From Anaeromyxobacteraceae bacterium (lineage in GTDB: Bacteria > Myxococcota > Myxococcia > Myxococcales > Anaeromyxobacteraceae), in contig JASGHJ010000002.1 of the NCBI GenBank assembly GCA_047602405.1, forward strand, positions 2,080,001-2,144,000: a stretch of 64,000 nt of DNA, read 5' to 3'. The notes under the pieces were generated by a model. It worked only from the letters and a program-made list of their open reading frames with translations, did not search any database and was not told the DNA's origin. How positions within the stretch are numbered: position 1 is the stretch's first letter; every line of letters starts with the position of its first letter. Both the position numbers and the translations under genes were made by a program. This document shows, piece by piece, positions 18,099 to 27,612 of the stretch.

Positions 18099-19165
18099 GC
18101 CCTCTCTCCTGCCACGGGCCCGCGCCCGGCGCCAGGCAGCGGCACCTCGATCTCGACCCGGGTCCCCTGCCCCGGCGCCGACTCGATCCGCACCGCGCCG
18201 CCGAGGAGCCCTGCCCGCTCGCGCAGGCCCGTCAGCCCGAACCCGCCCCGCCGGCCCCGATCGCGGGGCGCGGCGGGGTCGAACCCCTGGCCGTCGTCCT
18301 CCACGGAGGCCACGAGCGCGCCGCCGCGCGCCTCCACCTGCACGAGCACCTGGCTCGCGCGCGCGTGGCGAGCCGCGTTGCCGATCGCCTCCTGGAGCAT
18401 GCGGAAGACGGCGGTCTCGGCCGCGCGGGGCAGCCGACCCTCGACGCCCTCGTCGAGCTCGCACCGGACCGCCACGCCCCGCCGCCCGAGCTCCCGGTCG
18501 GCGATGGCCTGCACCGCGGAGGCGAACCCGAGGTCGTCGAGCGCCCCGGGCCGCAGGTCCCGCACGATCCGCTCCACCTCGTCGAGCGTGCGCAGCGCGA
18601 GCGCCTTCACCTCGCCGAGCCCGGGGTCGCGCCCCTCCCGCAGGGCCTCCGCGGCGCGGTCGATCCCGAGCGCCAGCGCGGCGAGGCTCTGGCTCGTGTC
18701 GTCGTGGAGCTCGCGCGCGACGCGCCGCCGCTCGCCCTCCTGCGCCTCGAGCACCTCCCACACGCGGCCCGCGTGCGCGGCCTCCCGCTCGACGAGCGCC
18801 GCGCTCTGCGCGACGAGGCGCACGTGCTCCTGCAGGCCCTCGCGCATCCGCTCGAGCGCGCGCCCGAGCCGGCCGACCTCGTCGAGCCCGACGTCGGCGA
18901 CGGGGACCTCGAGCTCGCCGCGGGCGATCCGCTCCGCCTCCGCGCCGAGCCGCTCGAGCGGCGCGGTCACGCTGCGGGCCGCGCCCCAGGCGAGCGCGGC
19001 CGCGAAGCCGAGGTGGAGGGCGAGCACGGCCGCGAGCGCGCGGCCGCTCGCAACGGGCACGGCGCCCGAGAGCACGAGGCCGAGGAGCGCCACCGGCACG
19101 AGCGCGGTCACCGCGACGAGCACGAGCACGCGGGTGCGGAGCGGGAGCGCGCGCGGCCGGGCCAT
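18095..19165 (-). CDS. HAMP-containing HisKA_3 sensor histidine kinase
   Basis: Two TM helices with almost no periplasmic loop, HAMP, ERRRVARELHDD, QEAIGNAARH, DDGQGF, GFGL. Confidence 0.9.
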   Translation of the reverse strand: MARPRALPLRTRVLVLVAVTALVPVALLGLVLSGAVPVASGRALAAVLALHLGFAAALAWGAARSVTAPLERLGAEAERIARGELEVPVADVGLDEVGRLGRALERMREGLQEHVRLVAQSAALVEREAAHAGRVWEVLEAQEGERRRVARELHDDTSQSLAALALGIDRAAEALREGRDPGLGEVKALALRTLDEVERIVRDLRPGALDDLGFASAVQAIADRELGRRGVAVRCELDEGVEGRLPRAAETAVFRMLQEAIGNAARHARASQVLVQVEARGGALVASVEDDGQGFDPAAPRDRGRRGGFGLTGLRERAGLLGGAVRIESAPGQGTRVEIEVPLPGAGRGPVAGERA

Positions 19166-19280
19166 GGCGGGCGAGTCTCGCACGCGACAGTGGGGCTTGC
19201 CAGGCACACAGGTCGGCCACCCCTTGGAGTCCGTCTCCGAGACCATGCCCGGCCCGTTGCGGTGACAGTAGGATGGCAAC

Positions 19281-20990
19281 ATGGCACCTTGCCGTTGGCT
19301 CAAGCTCGCCTTTCCGAAGGCCCTCGCTTCGGGGTGCGCCCTAGCCGCGTTTGTCGCGGCGACGGCATGGACGTGGCGCAGGCTTGGTAGTTTGGTGATC
19401 GACGGCGGCCGGGAACTCGAGGTTCCAAGGCGACTCGCCGAAGGAGCGCACCTCTACAGTGAGGTACGCTGGTACTGGGGTCCGCTGGCTCCCTGGCTGA
19501 ACGCACTGCTCTACCGGACCTTCGGGGTCCACGCGGACACTCTCATGTGGGCCGGGATCGTGACTGCCGGCTTGTGCTGTGCCGCGATCTACCTCCTCGT
19601 AGAACGCTTCTCGACCGCATGGGTCGCAGCCGCGGCGTCCCTGGCCTTCACTTTCGGGTTTGCCTTTGCAGTGCGCAACCCGTACGCGATTTTCAACTTC
19701 GTGATGCCTTTCAACTTCTCCGCGACCTACGGCATCACCCTAGCAATCTGGAGTCTCTATTTTGTCATTCTGCACGCGGAGAATGGACGCTCAGCGACGC
19801 TCGGATTGTCCGCCGTGTTGGCAGGCCTCGCTGCGCTCACCAAGGCAGAGGTCGGTATTGCTGTAACGGCAGCGCATGTCGCATTCCTCGTGACCACGTT
19901 GCCTCGGCCCGGCGGCGCCCGCGTCCTCTCCTGGGGAAGCGGACTGTTCGTGGCCGGGGGCGGCTACATCTTGGCTTACGTCGAGAGCCGGGGCGCCGTC
20001 TGGTCAAGCCTCCGCGAACTCGCCAATCCGGCGTCACGATTCTACGTCACGAACACCATGGGGCTCGATGACCTGATGGGAGGACCGATCAGACTCGCCG
20101 CATCATCGGTTGGCTTCGCGCTATTGGCCTTCCTGATCTGGCGAACGGGCGAGGTCAGCACGCCCAATTCGAGAGCCTGGAAGTTCCTCTGGGGATCTTG
20201 CGCGTGCAGTGTATCGTTCGCGCTCGCGGCCCTGAGCTCGAAGGTCGCAGCGATACAAGCCCTGCCGATGGCCCTCTTTGTCGGGATCGTGCATCAGGCC
20301 ATGGGCCGAAACGCGAACACCTCTCGATCGCGGTACATGCCAGTTCTCGCGCTAGCCTTGGCTGCCCTTGCTCGGATCCCGCTAAAGGTTGGGCCCGACC
20401 ACTACGGCTTCTATTTGCTCGTGCCGATGCTCGTCGCCGTGCCGGTAACGGCAGAAGCATTTGCGACTTCGAACACGCGGGTTCGTGCGCCCGCGCGCGC
20501 GGCCATCGGCGTCTTCATGATCGGACTCGCATTGAGCGGCATCGCTGCATCCAGATCATATTTGTCCGACCGAACAATGGATGTCCGCGCCCGCCGCGCA
20601 CACATCAGAGTGGCAACTTCGTGTGCGGAGGCGCAGTGGCTGCCCTGGCTCTCCGCTCTCCCGACAACTACCCGTGTGGCGGCGATCCCCGAAGGTGCGG
20701 GCCTCGTCTTCGCCGCAGGGCTGACCCCCACAACCGACGGCTTCACCTCCTACCTGCCTATGGAACTCTTCGAGCCCGAGCTCGACGCGAACCTCGCCGC
20801 CACCTGGGATGCATCACCTCCCGACGTGATCCTCTACAGGGCTCAGAATCAGGCACCGGTCTTCGGCTTCCTCGGCTTTGGCCACGACTACGCGTTGGAG
20901 GCGGGAGAGTGGATTATGCGCAACTATGCCCAGCGGGGTGACCTTGTCGATGGAATCGCGCTTTTCCTGCCAAGACACCCCGCACACTGA
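19281..20990 (+). CDS. GT-C (PMT_2/ArnT-like) polytopic membrane glycosyltransferase, atypical codon usage
   Basis: DGGREL...GAHLYSEVRWYWGPLAP...ALTKAE; many TM helices; visibly more A/T-ending codons than the flanks. Confidence 0.65.
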   Translation: MAPCRWLKLAFPKALASGCALAAFVAATAWTWRRLGSLVIDGGRELEVPRRLAEGAHLYSEVRWYWGPLAPWLNALLYRTFGVHADTLMWAGIVTAGLCCAAIYLLVERFSTAWVAAAASLAFTFGFAFAVRNPYAIFNFVMPFNFSATYGITLAIWSLYFVILHAENGRSATLGLSAVLAGLAALTKAEVGIAVTAAHVAFLVTTLPRPGGARVLSWGSGLFVAGGGYILAYVESRGAVWSSLRELANPASRFYVTNTMGLDDLMGGPIRLAASSVGFALLAFLIWRTGEVSTPNSRAWKFLWGSCACSVSFALAALSSKVAAIQALPMALFVGIVHQAMGRNANTSRSRYMPVLALALAALARIPLKVGPDHYGFYLLVPMLVAVPVTAEAFATSNTRVRAPARAAIGVFMIGLALSGIAASRSYLSDRTMDVRARRAHIRVATSCAEAQWLPWLSALPTTTRVAAIPEGAGLVFAAGLTPTTDGFTSYLPMELFEPELDANLAATWDASPPDVILYRAQNQAPVFGFLGFGHDYALEAGEWIMRNYAQRGDLVDGIALFLPRHPAH

Positions 20991-21023
20991 ACCGACATCG
21001 ATTGGCAGGTATACTCGCGGCGC

Positions 21024-22724
21024 TTGCCCGGCCCCTCCAGAGCAGCCTCGCCCCGGGCCCGGCCCGCGACGGCCCTGGCCACGCCGGCGATCGCCGCCGG
21101 CCTCGCCGCCGTGGCGTTCGCGCTGTTCGCCCGCACCGGCGCGCACGGCTTCCTCCTCTGGGACGACCAGGCCTACGTCACTGGCAACGCGCGGGTCCTC
21201 GGCGGGCTCTCGCGCGAGAGCGCCGCCTGGGCGCTCACCACGTTCCACCACGCGAACTGGCACCCGCTCACCTGGCTCTCGTTCCTGCTCGACGCCTCGC
21301 TGTCCGGCGCCGCGCCGGGCGCGATGCACCTCGAGAACGCCGCGCTCCACGCCGCGAACGCGGCGCTCGTCTTTCTCGCGCTCCTCCGGCTCACCGGCGC
21401 GCGCTGGCGGAGCGCCCTCGTCGCGGCCCTCTTCGCGGTGCACCCGACCCGCGTCGAGGCGGTGGCCTGGGTCTCGGAGCGGAAGGAGCTCCTCTCGACG
21501 CTCTTCGGGCTCCTCGCGATCCTCGCCCACGCGGCGTACGCCCGCCGGCCCTCGGCGTGGCGGTACGCGCTCGTCGTCGCCGCGGCGGCCGCGAGCCTCG
21601 CCTCGAAGGCGATGCTCGTCACCCTGCCCTTCCTCCTCCTCGGCCTCGATGCGTGGCCGCTCGACCGGCTCCGCGCGGGAGGCTGGCGGCGGGCGCTCCT
21701 CGAGAAGGTGCCGCTCCTCGCGCTATCGGCCGGCTGCGCCGCGCTCACCTACGCCGCGCAGGCCCGGGGCGGAGGGATCCCCGCGGTGGCCCTCCCGTTC
21801 GGCGAGCGGCTCGCCGGCGCGGTCGTGGCGCCGGTCCGGTACGCGGGGCTCCTCGCGTGGCCGTCCGGGCTGTCGGCGCTCTACCCGCTGCGCGACGGCG
21901 GGCCTCCGCCCTGGCAGGTCGCGGGCGCCGCGGTGCTCGTCGCCGGCGCGCTCGCGGCCGCGTTCGCGCTGCGGGGCCGCGCGCCCTGGTTCGCGGTGGG
22001 GCTGTGCGGGTTCCTCGGCACGCTCGTCCCGGTCGTGGGGCTCGTGCAGGTGGGCGCGCAGGCGCTCGCCGACCGCTACACGTACTTCCCGGCCCTGGGC
22101 CTCTTCCTCGTGGTGGCGTGGGGCGCCGCCGCGCTCGCGCGCGGCCCGGCGCGCGGCGCGGTGGTCGCCGCGGCGGTGGCGGCCCTCGTCGCGCTCTCCG
22201 CGGTCACCTGGCAGCGGATCGCGCTGTGGGGCGACGAGGTGGCGCTGTTCCAGGATGCCCTCGCCGCGACCGGCGAGAACGGTCGCGCGAGCACGCTCCT
22301 CGCCCTCGCGCTGCTCCACCGGGGCCGCGCCGGGGAGGCGCTCGCGCCGGCGGCGGACGGGACGCGGCTCGCGCCGGGCGACGCGATGGGCTGGCTCGCG
22401 CTCGGGCTCGCCGCGCGCGACACCGGCCGGGACGAGGAGGCCCTCCGCGGGCTCCGCGAGGCGGTGAAGCGTGCCCCCGACCTGCGGCAGGCGTGGGCGG
22501 CGCTCGCGGGGGCGCTGTCGCAGGCCGGCCGCAGCGCCGAGGCCGTCGAGGCCTTCCGCGCCTACCTCGCGCTCGCGCCCCGCGACGCCGACGCCTGGGC
22601 GCTCCTCGTCTGGGAGCTCGCGCGGCTCGAGCGCTACGCCGAGGCACGCGAGGCGTACGAGCGGCTCCAGGCGATCGACGCCGCGGCCGCGGCGCGCCTG
22701 CGGCGCGAGCTCGGCGGTCGGTAG
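21024..22724 (+). CDS. TMTC-like GT-C membrane protein with TPRs (copy 2)
   Basis: FLLWDD, NWHPLTWLS, HPTRVEAVAWVSERKE, SKAMLVTLP, ADRYTYFP, TPRs; start codon uncertain. Confidence 0.85.
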   Translation: MPGPSRAASPRARPATALATPAIAAGLAAVAFALFARTGAHGFLLWDDQAYVTGNARVLGGLSRESAAWALTTFHHANWHPLTWLSFLLDASLSGAAPGAMHLENAALHAANAALVFLALLRLTGARWRSALVAALFAVHPTRVEAVAWVSERKELLSTLFGLLAILAHAAYARRPSAWRYALVVAAAAASLASKAMLVTLPFLLLGLDAWPLDRLRAGGWRRALLEKVPLLALSAGCAALTYAAQARGGGIPAVALPFGERLAGAVVAPVRYAGLLAWPSGLSALYPLRDGGPPPWQVAGAAVLVAGALAAAFALRGRAPWFAVGLCGFLGTLVPVVGLVQVGAQALADRYTYFPALGLFLVVAWGAAALARGPARGAVVAAAVAALVALSAVTWQRIALWGDEVALFQDALAATGENGRASTLLALALLHRGRAGEALAPAADGTRLAPGDAMGWLALGLAARDTGRDEEALRGLREAVKRAPDLRQAWAALAGALSQAGRSAEAVEAFRAYLALAPRDADAWALLVWELARLERYAEAREAYERLQAIDAAAAARLRRELGGR

Positions 22725-22751
22725 CGGCGAGCCGGCGGCTCCAGGACCACG

Positions 22752-22791
22752 AAAAGCGAAGCGGGCGGACCCGGTGGGCCCGCCCGCTCGC
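22752..22791 (-). terminator. terminator hairpin between convergent genes
   Basis: GCGGGCGG/CCGCCCGC stem with a T4 tract on the minus strand. Confidence 0.55.
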
Positions 22792-22815
22792 GAACTTGCG
22801 CCTGCTGGACCGCCG

Positions 22816-23553
22816 CTACCCGGCCTTGTGCGCCGGGGCGGCGCCGTGGCCGCCGTGGCCGTGGCCGCCGACGAGCTTCTCGACCGGCACGCCCTCCATG
22901 CGGGCGAGCTCCACCGGGTGCTCGTGCAGCATGCGCTCGCGGGAGATCTTGCCCGTGAAGATGCCGGTGTCGAACGGGAAGACGTCCGGGTTCAGGTGCG
23001 CGTTGAAGATGTGCCAGATGGTGATGACGAAGAACGCCATCAGGCCCTCGTTCGAGTGCGCCATCTTCGCGGCCGGGATGATCTGGCCGGGGATGATCAT
23101 CGAGGCCGTCACCGGGAAGAACAGGACGAGGCCGGTGACCACCATGATCACGTTGCCGGCGACGAGGCCCCAGTACTCGAACTTCTGCTTGTAGTCGTAA
23201 CGGTCGTACAGCGGCTGCTGATCCGTCACGCCCATGTAGTACTTGAGCTGGGTGAACGCGTCGACGAAGTCCTGCCGCGTCGGCACCATCGACCAGCGCG
23301 CCTTCTTCTGGATCATCAGCAGGAAGGTGTTGCCGAAGTGGACCACCGTCGAGGCGGCGAGCACGAGCCCGCAGATCCGGTGGACCCACCGCATGGTGTC
23401 GAAGCCGAAGAACAGGTGGACGGTCGTCTGGGCCCACCCGGCCGCGTAGAACTTCTGCGGCAGGCCGGTGATGCACAGGAGCACGAAGGTCACCATGGTG
23501 ACCATGTGCTCGATGCGCTGGCTGAGGTTGAAGCGGACGACGTACGTGCTCAT
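22816..23553 (-). CDS. FdnI/HydC-like b-type cytochrome (quinol-interacting membrane subunit)
   Basis: RFNLSQRIEH...TGLPQKF...HR...VHF...YDRYDYKQKFEYWG...AHSNEG...WHIFNAH; ATGA overlap with the upstream cytochrome. Confidence 0.88.
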   Translation of the reverse strand: MSTYVVRFNLSQRIEHMVTMVTFVLLCITGLPQKFYAAGWAQTTVHLFFGFDTMRWVHRICGLVLAASTVVHFGNTFLLMIQKKARWSMVPTRQDFVDAFTQLKYYMGVTDQQPLYDRYDYKQKFEYWGLVAGNVIMVVTGLVLFFPVTASMIIPGQIIPAAKMAHSNEGLMAFFVITIWHIFNAHLNPDVFPFDTGIFTGKISRERMLHEHPVELARMEGVPVEKLVGGHGHGGHGAAPAHKAG

Positions 23554-24593
23554 CGATTCACCACGGTGCGCCAGAGGTGCAGCGCGATCTGGAGGGAGAG
23601 CCCGCCCACCATGAACGGGATCATGAACTTGTAGAAGAGGAGGACCACCCAGACGATCGGCGCCTTCTCCGGCGACGGCTCGTAGTGGGAGAGCCACGCC
23701 CTCGGGAAGGTCGCCGTCGCGCCCTCGTGGCAGCGCGAGCAGGTCTTCTGCAGGTTCGCCTGGATGACGGTCGAGGTCGGGTCGTTCGTCTTCTGGATGT
23801 CGTGGATGCCGTGGCAGTCGGTGCAGCCGGCCACGATGCGCTGCGCCGGGCCCTTCTTCTGGCCCTTCGACAGCTGGGCGCCCATGCCGTGGAAGTCGGC
23901 GAGGTACGTCTTCACGACGTTCGGCGAGATGCCGTACTTGTTCATCAGCTCCACGTTGGAGTGGCAGCGGCCGCACATCTCGGCGGTGCGGAGCGAGAGG
24001 GCGCCGCCGTCGCGCGGGTCGGTCGCCTCGTGCGGGCGGTGGCAGTCGGTGCAGACCGGCACGTCCTGGTTCGTGTCGACCGCGCGGCCGTGGACCGACT
24101 GCTTGTAGGTCGCCGCCTGCGTCGGGTGGCAGCCCATGCACTTCGCGGCCACCTTCGTGCGCGACTCCTTCGCGGAGACGATGTCGTGCGCACCGTGGCA
24201 CTCGCCGCACGCCGGCGTCTTCTGCGAGCCGGCCGCGATCTTCGCGAAGTGGATGCCGTCGAGGAGCTTCGTGTACTTGTCGAGGTGGCAGCCCTTGCAG
24301 TTCTCGAAGTACGCGCGCGACGCCTCGTGGCGGGTCTTGTACGGGAGCTCGCCGGTGGCGTGGTCCGCCTTCTTCCCGACGTGGCAGTCCGTGCACTTGT
24401 TGTTCTCGCCGTGCACCGACTTGGCGAAGACCTCCTTGTTCACGTACAGGCCGAGCTTCTCGCCCGACGGGAGGTCGAAGGTCTGGTTGGGATCCTCGTG
24501 ACAGCCGAGGCACTCCTCCGACTCGGCCGGGATGCCGGCGCGGGCCGGCAAGGCGACCGTCAGACAGAGGAGCGGAAGGATGAATCTCGTCAT
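23550..24593 (-). CDS. nonaheme cytochrome c with C-terminal TM anchor (CbcL-like c domain)
   Basis: Signal peptide MTRFILPLLCLTVALPARA; 9 CxxCH; SVHG repeats; C-terminal hydrophobic helix ending in LHLWR. Confidence 0.88.
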   Translation of the reverse strand: MTRFILPLLCLTVALPARAGIPAESEECLGCHEDPNQTFDLPSGEKLGLYVNKEVFAKSVHGENNKCTDCHVGKKADHATGELPYKTRHEASRAYFENCKGCHLDKYTKLLDGIHFAKIAAGSQKTPACGECHGAHDIVSAKESRTKVAAKCMGCHPTQAATYKQSVHGRAVDTNQDVPVCTDCHRPHEATDPRDGGALSLRTAEMCGRCHSNVELMNKYGISPNVVKTYLADFHGMGAQLSKGQKKGPAQRIVAGCTDCHGIHDIQKTNDPTSTVIQANLQKTCSRCHEGATATFPRAWLSHYEPSPEKAPIVWVVLLFYKFMIPFMVGGLSLQIALHLWRTVVNR

Positions 24594-25007
24594 GGGCAAC
24601 CCTCGCGGGATCACGTTCCTCGATCCCTGCACAAATCGGACGCGGCGTTTCCTACCAGCGAGCGGCCTCTGGACGCAATGGCATAACGCCCCGTAAGCCG
24701 CTGAAAATTCACGAACATTCGTCGGTGGGACCACCCGGATTTGCGCGCGCAGAAAAAGCGTTTGGCGCCCAACTCCCCCGACCCCTGCGCAGGTTTGCAC
24801 CTTTGCCCGAGCGGGACCGGGGGAGCATTGACGTGCGTCAGTTCTCGGCGCGACACGGCGCCGCGCTCGCGCGCTCGAACGCACAGCGGGTCCGCGTCAT
24901 GCCCGCCCGCCCGGCCGCGCCTCCTGCGGCGCTTCGCCGCGATCGGCGGCGGACGGGCGACGCTCCGCGGGGGCGACCTCGGTGGCGCGCGAAAGACGTG
25001 CGGGCCC

Positions 25008-26783
25008 TCAGCGTGCCCGCGGCGCCCAGCCCTCGGCCTCGAGCCGCGCGAGCCGGACCTCGACCGGCTCCCGGGTCGGCGCCGCCGCGAGCCGCGCGCG
25101 CGCCTCGGCGGCGCGCCCCGACCTGAGCAGCACGATCGCGAGCCCGTCCTCGAGGAGCGCGTCTCCCGGCGATCGCTCGAGCGCCGCGCGGAGGCCCCCC
25201 TCCGCTGCGCGCGGGTCCCCCGCCTCCAGCCGCGCCATCGCGAGCCAGAACGCCGGCGGGGCGACGCGCGGATACGCGCTGGCGACGGGCGCGAGCACGT
25301 CCCCTGCCAGGGCCGGTTCGCCCGCGCGGAGCAGGATGAGCCCGAGCTCCTGCCCGAACTCGGGCGACGGGCGTAGGGCCTCGGCCTCGCGGTGGGCAAC
25401 GACCGCCTCGGGGGCGCGGCGGCGCTGGGCGAGCCAGAGCGCCCGCGCCCTGAGGCGCGTCTCGGGAGACGTCGCGTCCCTGGCCACCCGCTCCAGCACC
25501 TCGTAGGCCTCTCGCACCCGGCCGGCCTCGCCGAGCTGGTCGGAGTACATCCAGGCCGCGAAGAGCGCGTCGGGGGCCTCGGCCGCCGCGCGCGCCCAGA
25601 GCGCGAGGTCGGAGGCGTAGGCCCGCGAGCGCTGGAACGTCCAGGTCCCTGCCCCGAGCACGAGCGCCGCGGCCGCGACCGCGGCGAGCCGCTCCCCGGC
25701 GCGGCCTCCGAGCCGCGCGAGCCCCCAGCCCCAGAGCGCCGTGGCGCCCGGGAGCGCGAGGTACTGGAGGTGATTGGCGACCGGCGCGATCTGCCGGTAG
25801 GCCATGTCGACGAGCCCCAGCACGGGGAGGACGAGGAGCAGGTGCCACCCGAGGGCGAGCCGCAGCGGCCCGAGCGCGCGCGCCCGCCCGGACACGAGCC
25901 CGCCGATCACCGCTACCCCGCCGGCCGCGCGCACCAGGTACGCGACCGCCTCCCGGGGCGGAGCCTCCGGGTACGTCACCGCGACGCCCCAGGGGAAGAA
26001 GGCGCGCTGCACGTAGTCACCGAGCGCGTACCCCGCGTCGGCGAGGCGCGCCAGCGCCCCGCGAGGCACCACCGTCGCCGTGCTCATCGCGTTGCCGTGC
26101 TGGAAGAGCAGCGTCCCCGCGCCCGCGACGAGCGAGAGCACCGCGAACGGCGCGAGCCTGCGCAGCGTCCTCTGGTCCAGGGGTGCGCCGAGCGCCCACT
26201 CCGCTCCGAGGACCGCGAGGGGGAACGCCACCACCGAGGTCTTCGCGAGGAGCGCCAGGGCGAAGAGCCCGAGCGACGCGGCGCGCAGCGTCCGGCCCCG
26301 CTCCCCGCCGTCGCGCGCGTGCAGCCACGCGAGCGCGGAGCCGAAGAGGAGCACCCCCGAGAGCACGTTCTTGAGCTCGGACACCCACGCGACGGACTCG
26401 ACCGCCACGGGGTGGACCGCGAAGAGCGCGGCGCCCACCCACGCGCCGGGCACCCTCGCGCGCAGGAGCACGCGCCACAGCAGCAAGGCCGCCGCGGCGT
26501 CCAGGGCCACGTTGATCGCATGGTACCCGGCCGCGGAGTCCCCGAAGACTCGCCACTCGAGCCAGAGGACCGACCAGGTGAGCGGCCAGTAGTCCCACGC
26601 GTCGGCGGTGAACCAGATCCGCCAGAGCGGGCCGCGCACGACGCTCTCGGGCCCGAGGAGCGCGTGATCGTCGTAGACGAAGCCGCCCGCGAGGGCCGGC
26701 GCGAAGGCCGCGAACACGAGCAGCACCAGCGCGGCGCCGAGCGCGAGCTCGGGCGGGGCGGCGCGTGTCGCGGGGCGGGGCAC
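25008..26783 (-). CDS. TMTC-like GT-C membrane protein with TPRs (copy 3)
   Basis: FVYDD, DYWPLT, HPVAVESVAWVSELKN, LAKTS, ANHLQYL, TPR-like tail. Confidence 0.8.
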   Translation of the reverse strand: MPRPATRAAPPELALGAALVLLVFAAFAPALAGGFVYDDHALLGPESVVRGPLWRIWFTADAWDYWPLTWSVLWLEWRVFGDSAAGYHAINVALDAAAALLLWRVLLRARVPGAWVGAALFAVHPVAVESVAWVSELKNVLSGVLLFGSALAWLHARDGGERGRTLRAASLGLFALALLAKTSVVAFPLAVLGAEWALGAPLDQRTLRRLAPFAVLSLVAGAGTLLFQHGNAMSTATVVPRGALARLADAGYALGDYVQRAFFPWGVAVTYPEAPPREAVAYLVRAAGGVAVIGGLVSGRARALGPLRLALGWHLLLVLPVLGLVDMAYRQIAPVANHLQYLALPGATALWGWGLARLGGRAGERLAAVAAAALVLGAGTWTFQRSRAYASDLALWARAAAEAPDALFAAWMYSDQLGEAGRVREAYEVLERVARDATSPETRLRARALWLAQRRRAPEAVVAHREAEALRPSPEFGQELGLILLRAGEPALAGDVLAPVASAYPRVAPPAFWLAMARLEAGDPRAAEGGLRAALERSPGDALLEDGLAIVLLRSGRAAEARARLAAAPTREPVEVRLARLEAEGWAPRAR

Positions 26784-26861
26784 GCCGCTTCGTTACCACG
26801 AATAGACGAGGCGCGCGGCCTGGGTGGCCCGCGCGCCCGTGACCCTCGTGCTGCTGGATCC

Positions 26862-27554
26862 TCAGACCGTCAGGAACGACTGCACGAGCTTCCGCCAGCC
26901 GTCCTCGCCCATCAGCCAGGGCTCGGGGGCGAGCAGCTCGCCGCCGTCGGCGGCCGCGAAGCCGAGCTGGTCCTCGAGGAACCGGCTCCACCGCGCGGAC
27001 TCGCGCTTCAGCCAGCCCTCGGCCGTCGGGCCCTGCGGGAGCGCCGACCAGCTCGCGTCGGCGGGGCGCAGCGCGACGAGCCAGCCCTTGCCGTAGCCGT
27101 CGCGCTTCACGAGCGCGGGGTCGCGGACGACCGCCGCGTTCACGCCGACCACGAACGCCGGCACCGGCGTGCGGATCTGGATCTCGCGCCCGCCGCCGGA
27201 CAGCGTCGCGATGACGTCGCCGCGCTCGACCTTCGTCCCGGCGCGCGGCACCTCGACGGAGGTCACCGACGGCAGGAGCCGCTGGGCGATGTCGTCGACG
27301 CCGAGCTCGAGCGCCCCGCCCTTCCTGGCCGCGAGCCAGGTGTGGCCGGGGGCGTAGGCGACGCCCGGACGGAAGCGGACGCCGGCGACCGAGGCGAGGC
27401 CGAGCTTTCGCTCGTGGCTCCGCTGGAGGCCGCGGCGGACGAGGGCGAAGAGGATCGCGGGGATCGCGAGGACCGCCGCCATCAGGACGACGATGCCGAC
27501 CCGGGCGGCGATGCCGGAGAGGAAGACGCCGAGGCTGGTGAGCAGTGCGGTCAT
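26862..27554 (-). CDS. membrane-anchored glycine-cleavage-H-fold protein lacking the lipoyl lysine (copy B)
   Basis: N-terminal TM; PGHTW...LGVDD...GTKVERGDVIATLSGGGREIQIRTPV...VN...DGYGKGWL; C-terminal ADGGE extension. Confidence 0.8.
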   Translation of the reverse strand: MTALLTSLGVFLSGIAARVGIVVLMAAVLAIPAILFALVRRGLQRSHERKLGLASVAGVRFRPGVAYAPGHTWLAARKGGALELGVDDIAQRLLPSVTSVEVPRAGTKVERGDVIATLSGGGREIQIRTPVPAFVVGVNAAVVRDPALVKRDGYGKGWLVALRPADASWSALPQGPTAEGWLKRESARWSRFLEDQLGFAAADGGELLAPEPWLMGEDGWRKLVQSFLTV

Positions 27555-27612
27555 GACCCGTTCCCCCCGGAAGCATCGGCCGGCCCCGCCGAGGCGGGGC
27601 CGGCCTGGTGGA

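Noticed and set aside
23550..23560. Artefactual split of a fused CbcL at a GAATC site
   Set aside because: Removing one base does not join the frames, the context is not AGATC, and the ATGA overlap is typical translational coupling.
24594..24860. sigma54 promoter or TGGG-N8-CCCA site for the CbcL-like pair
   Set aside because: No convincing GG-N10-GC or palindrome was found by eye; the region is only slightly AT-richer.
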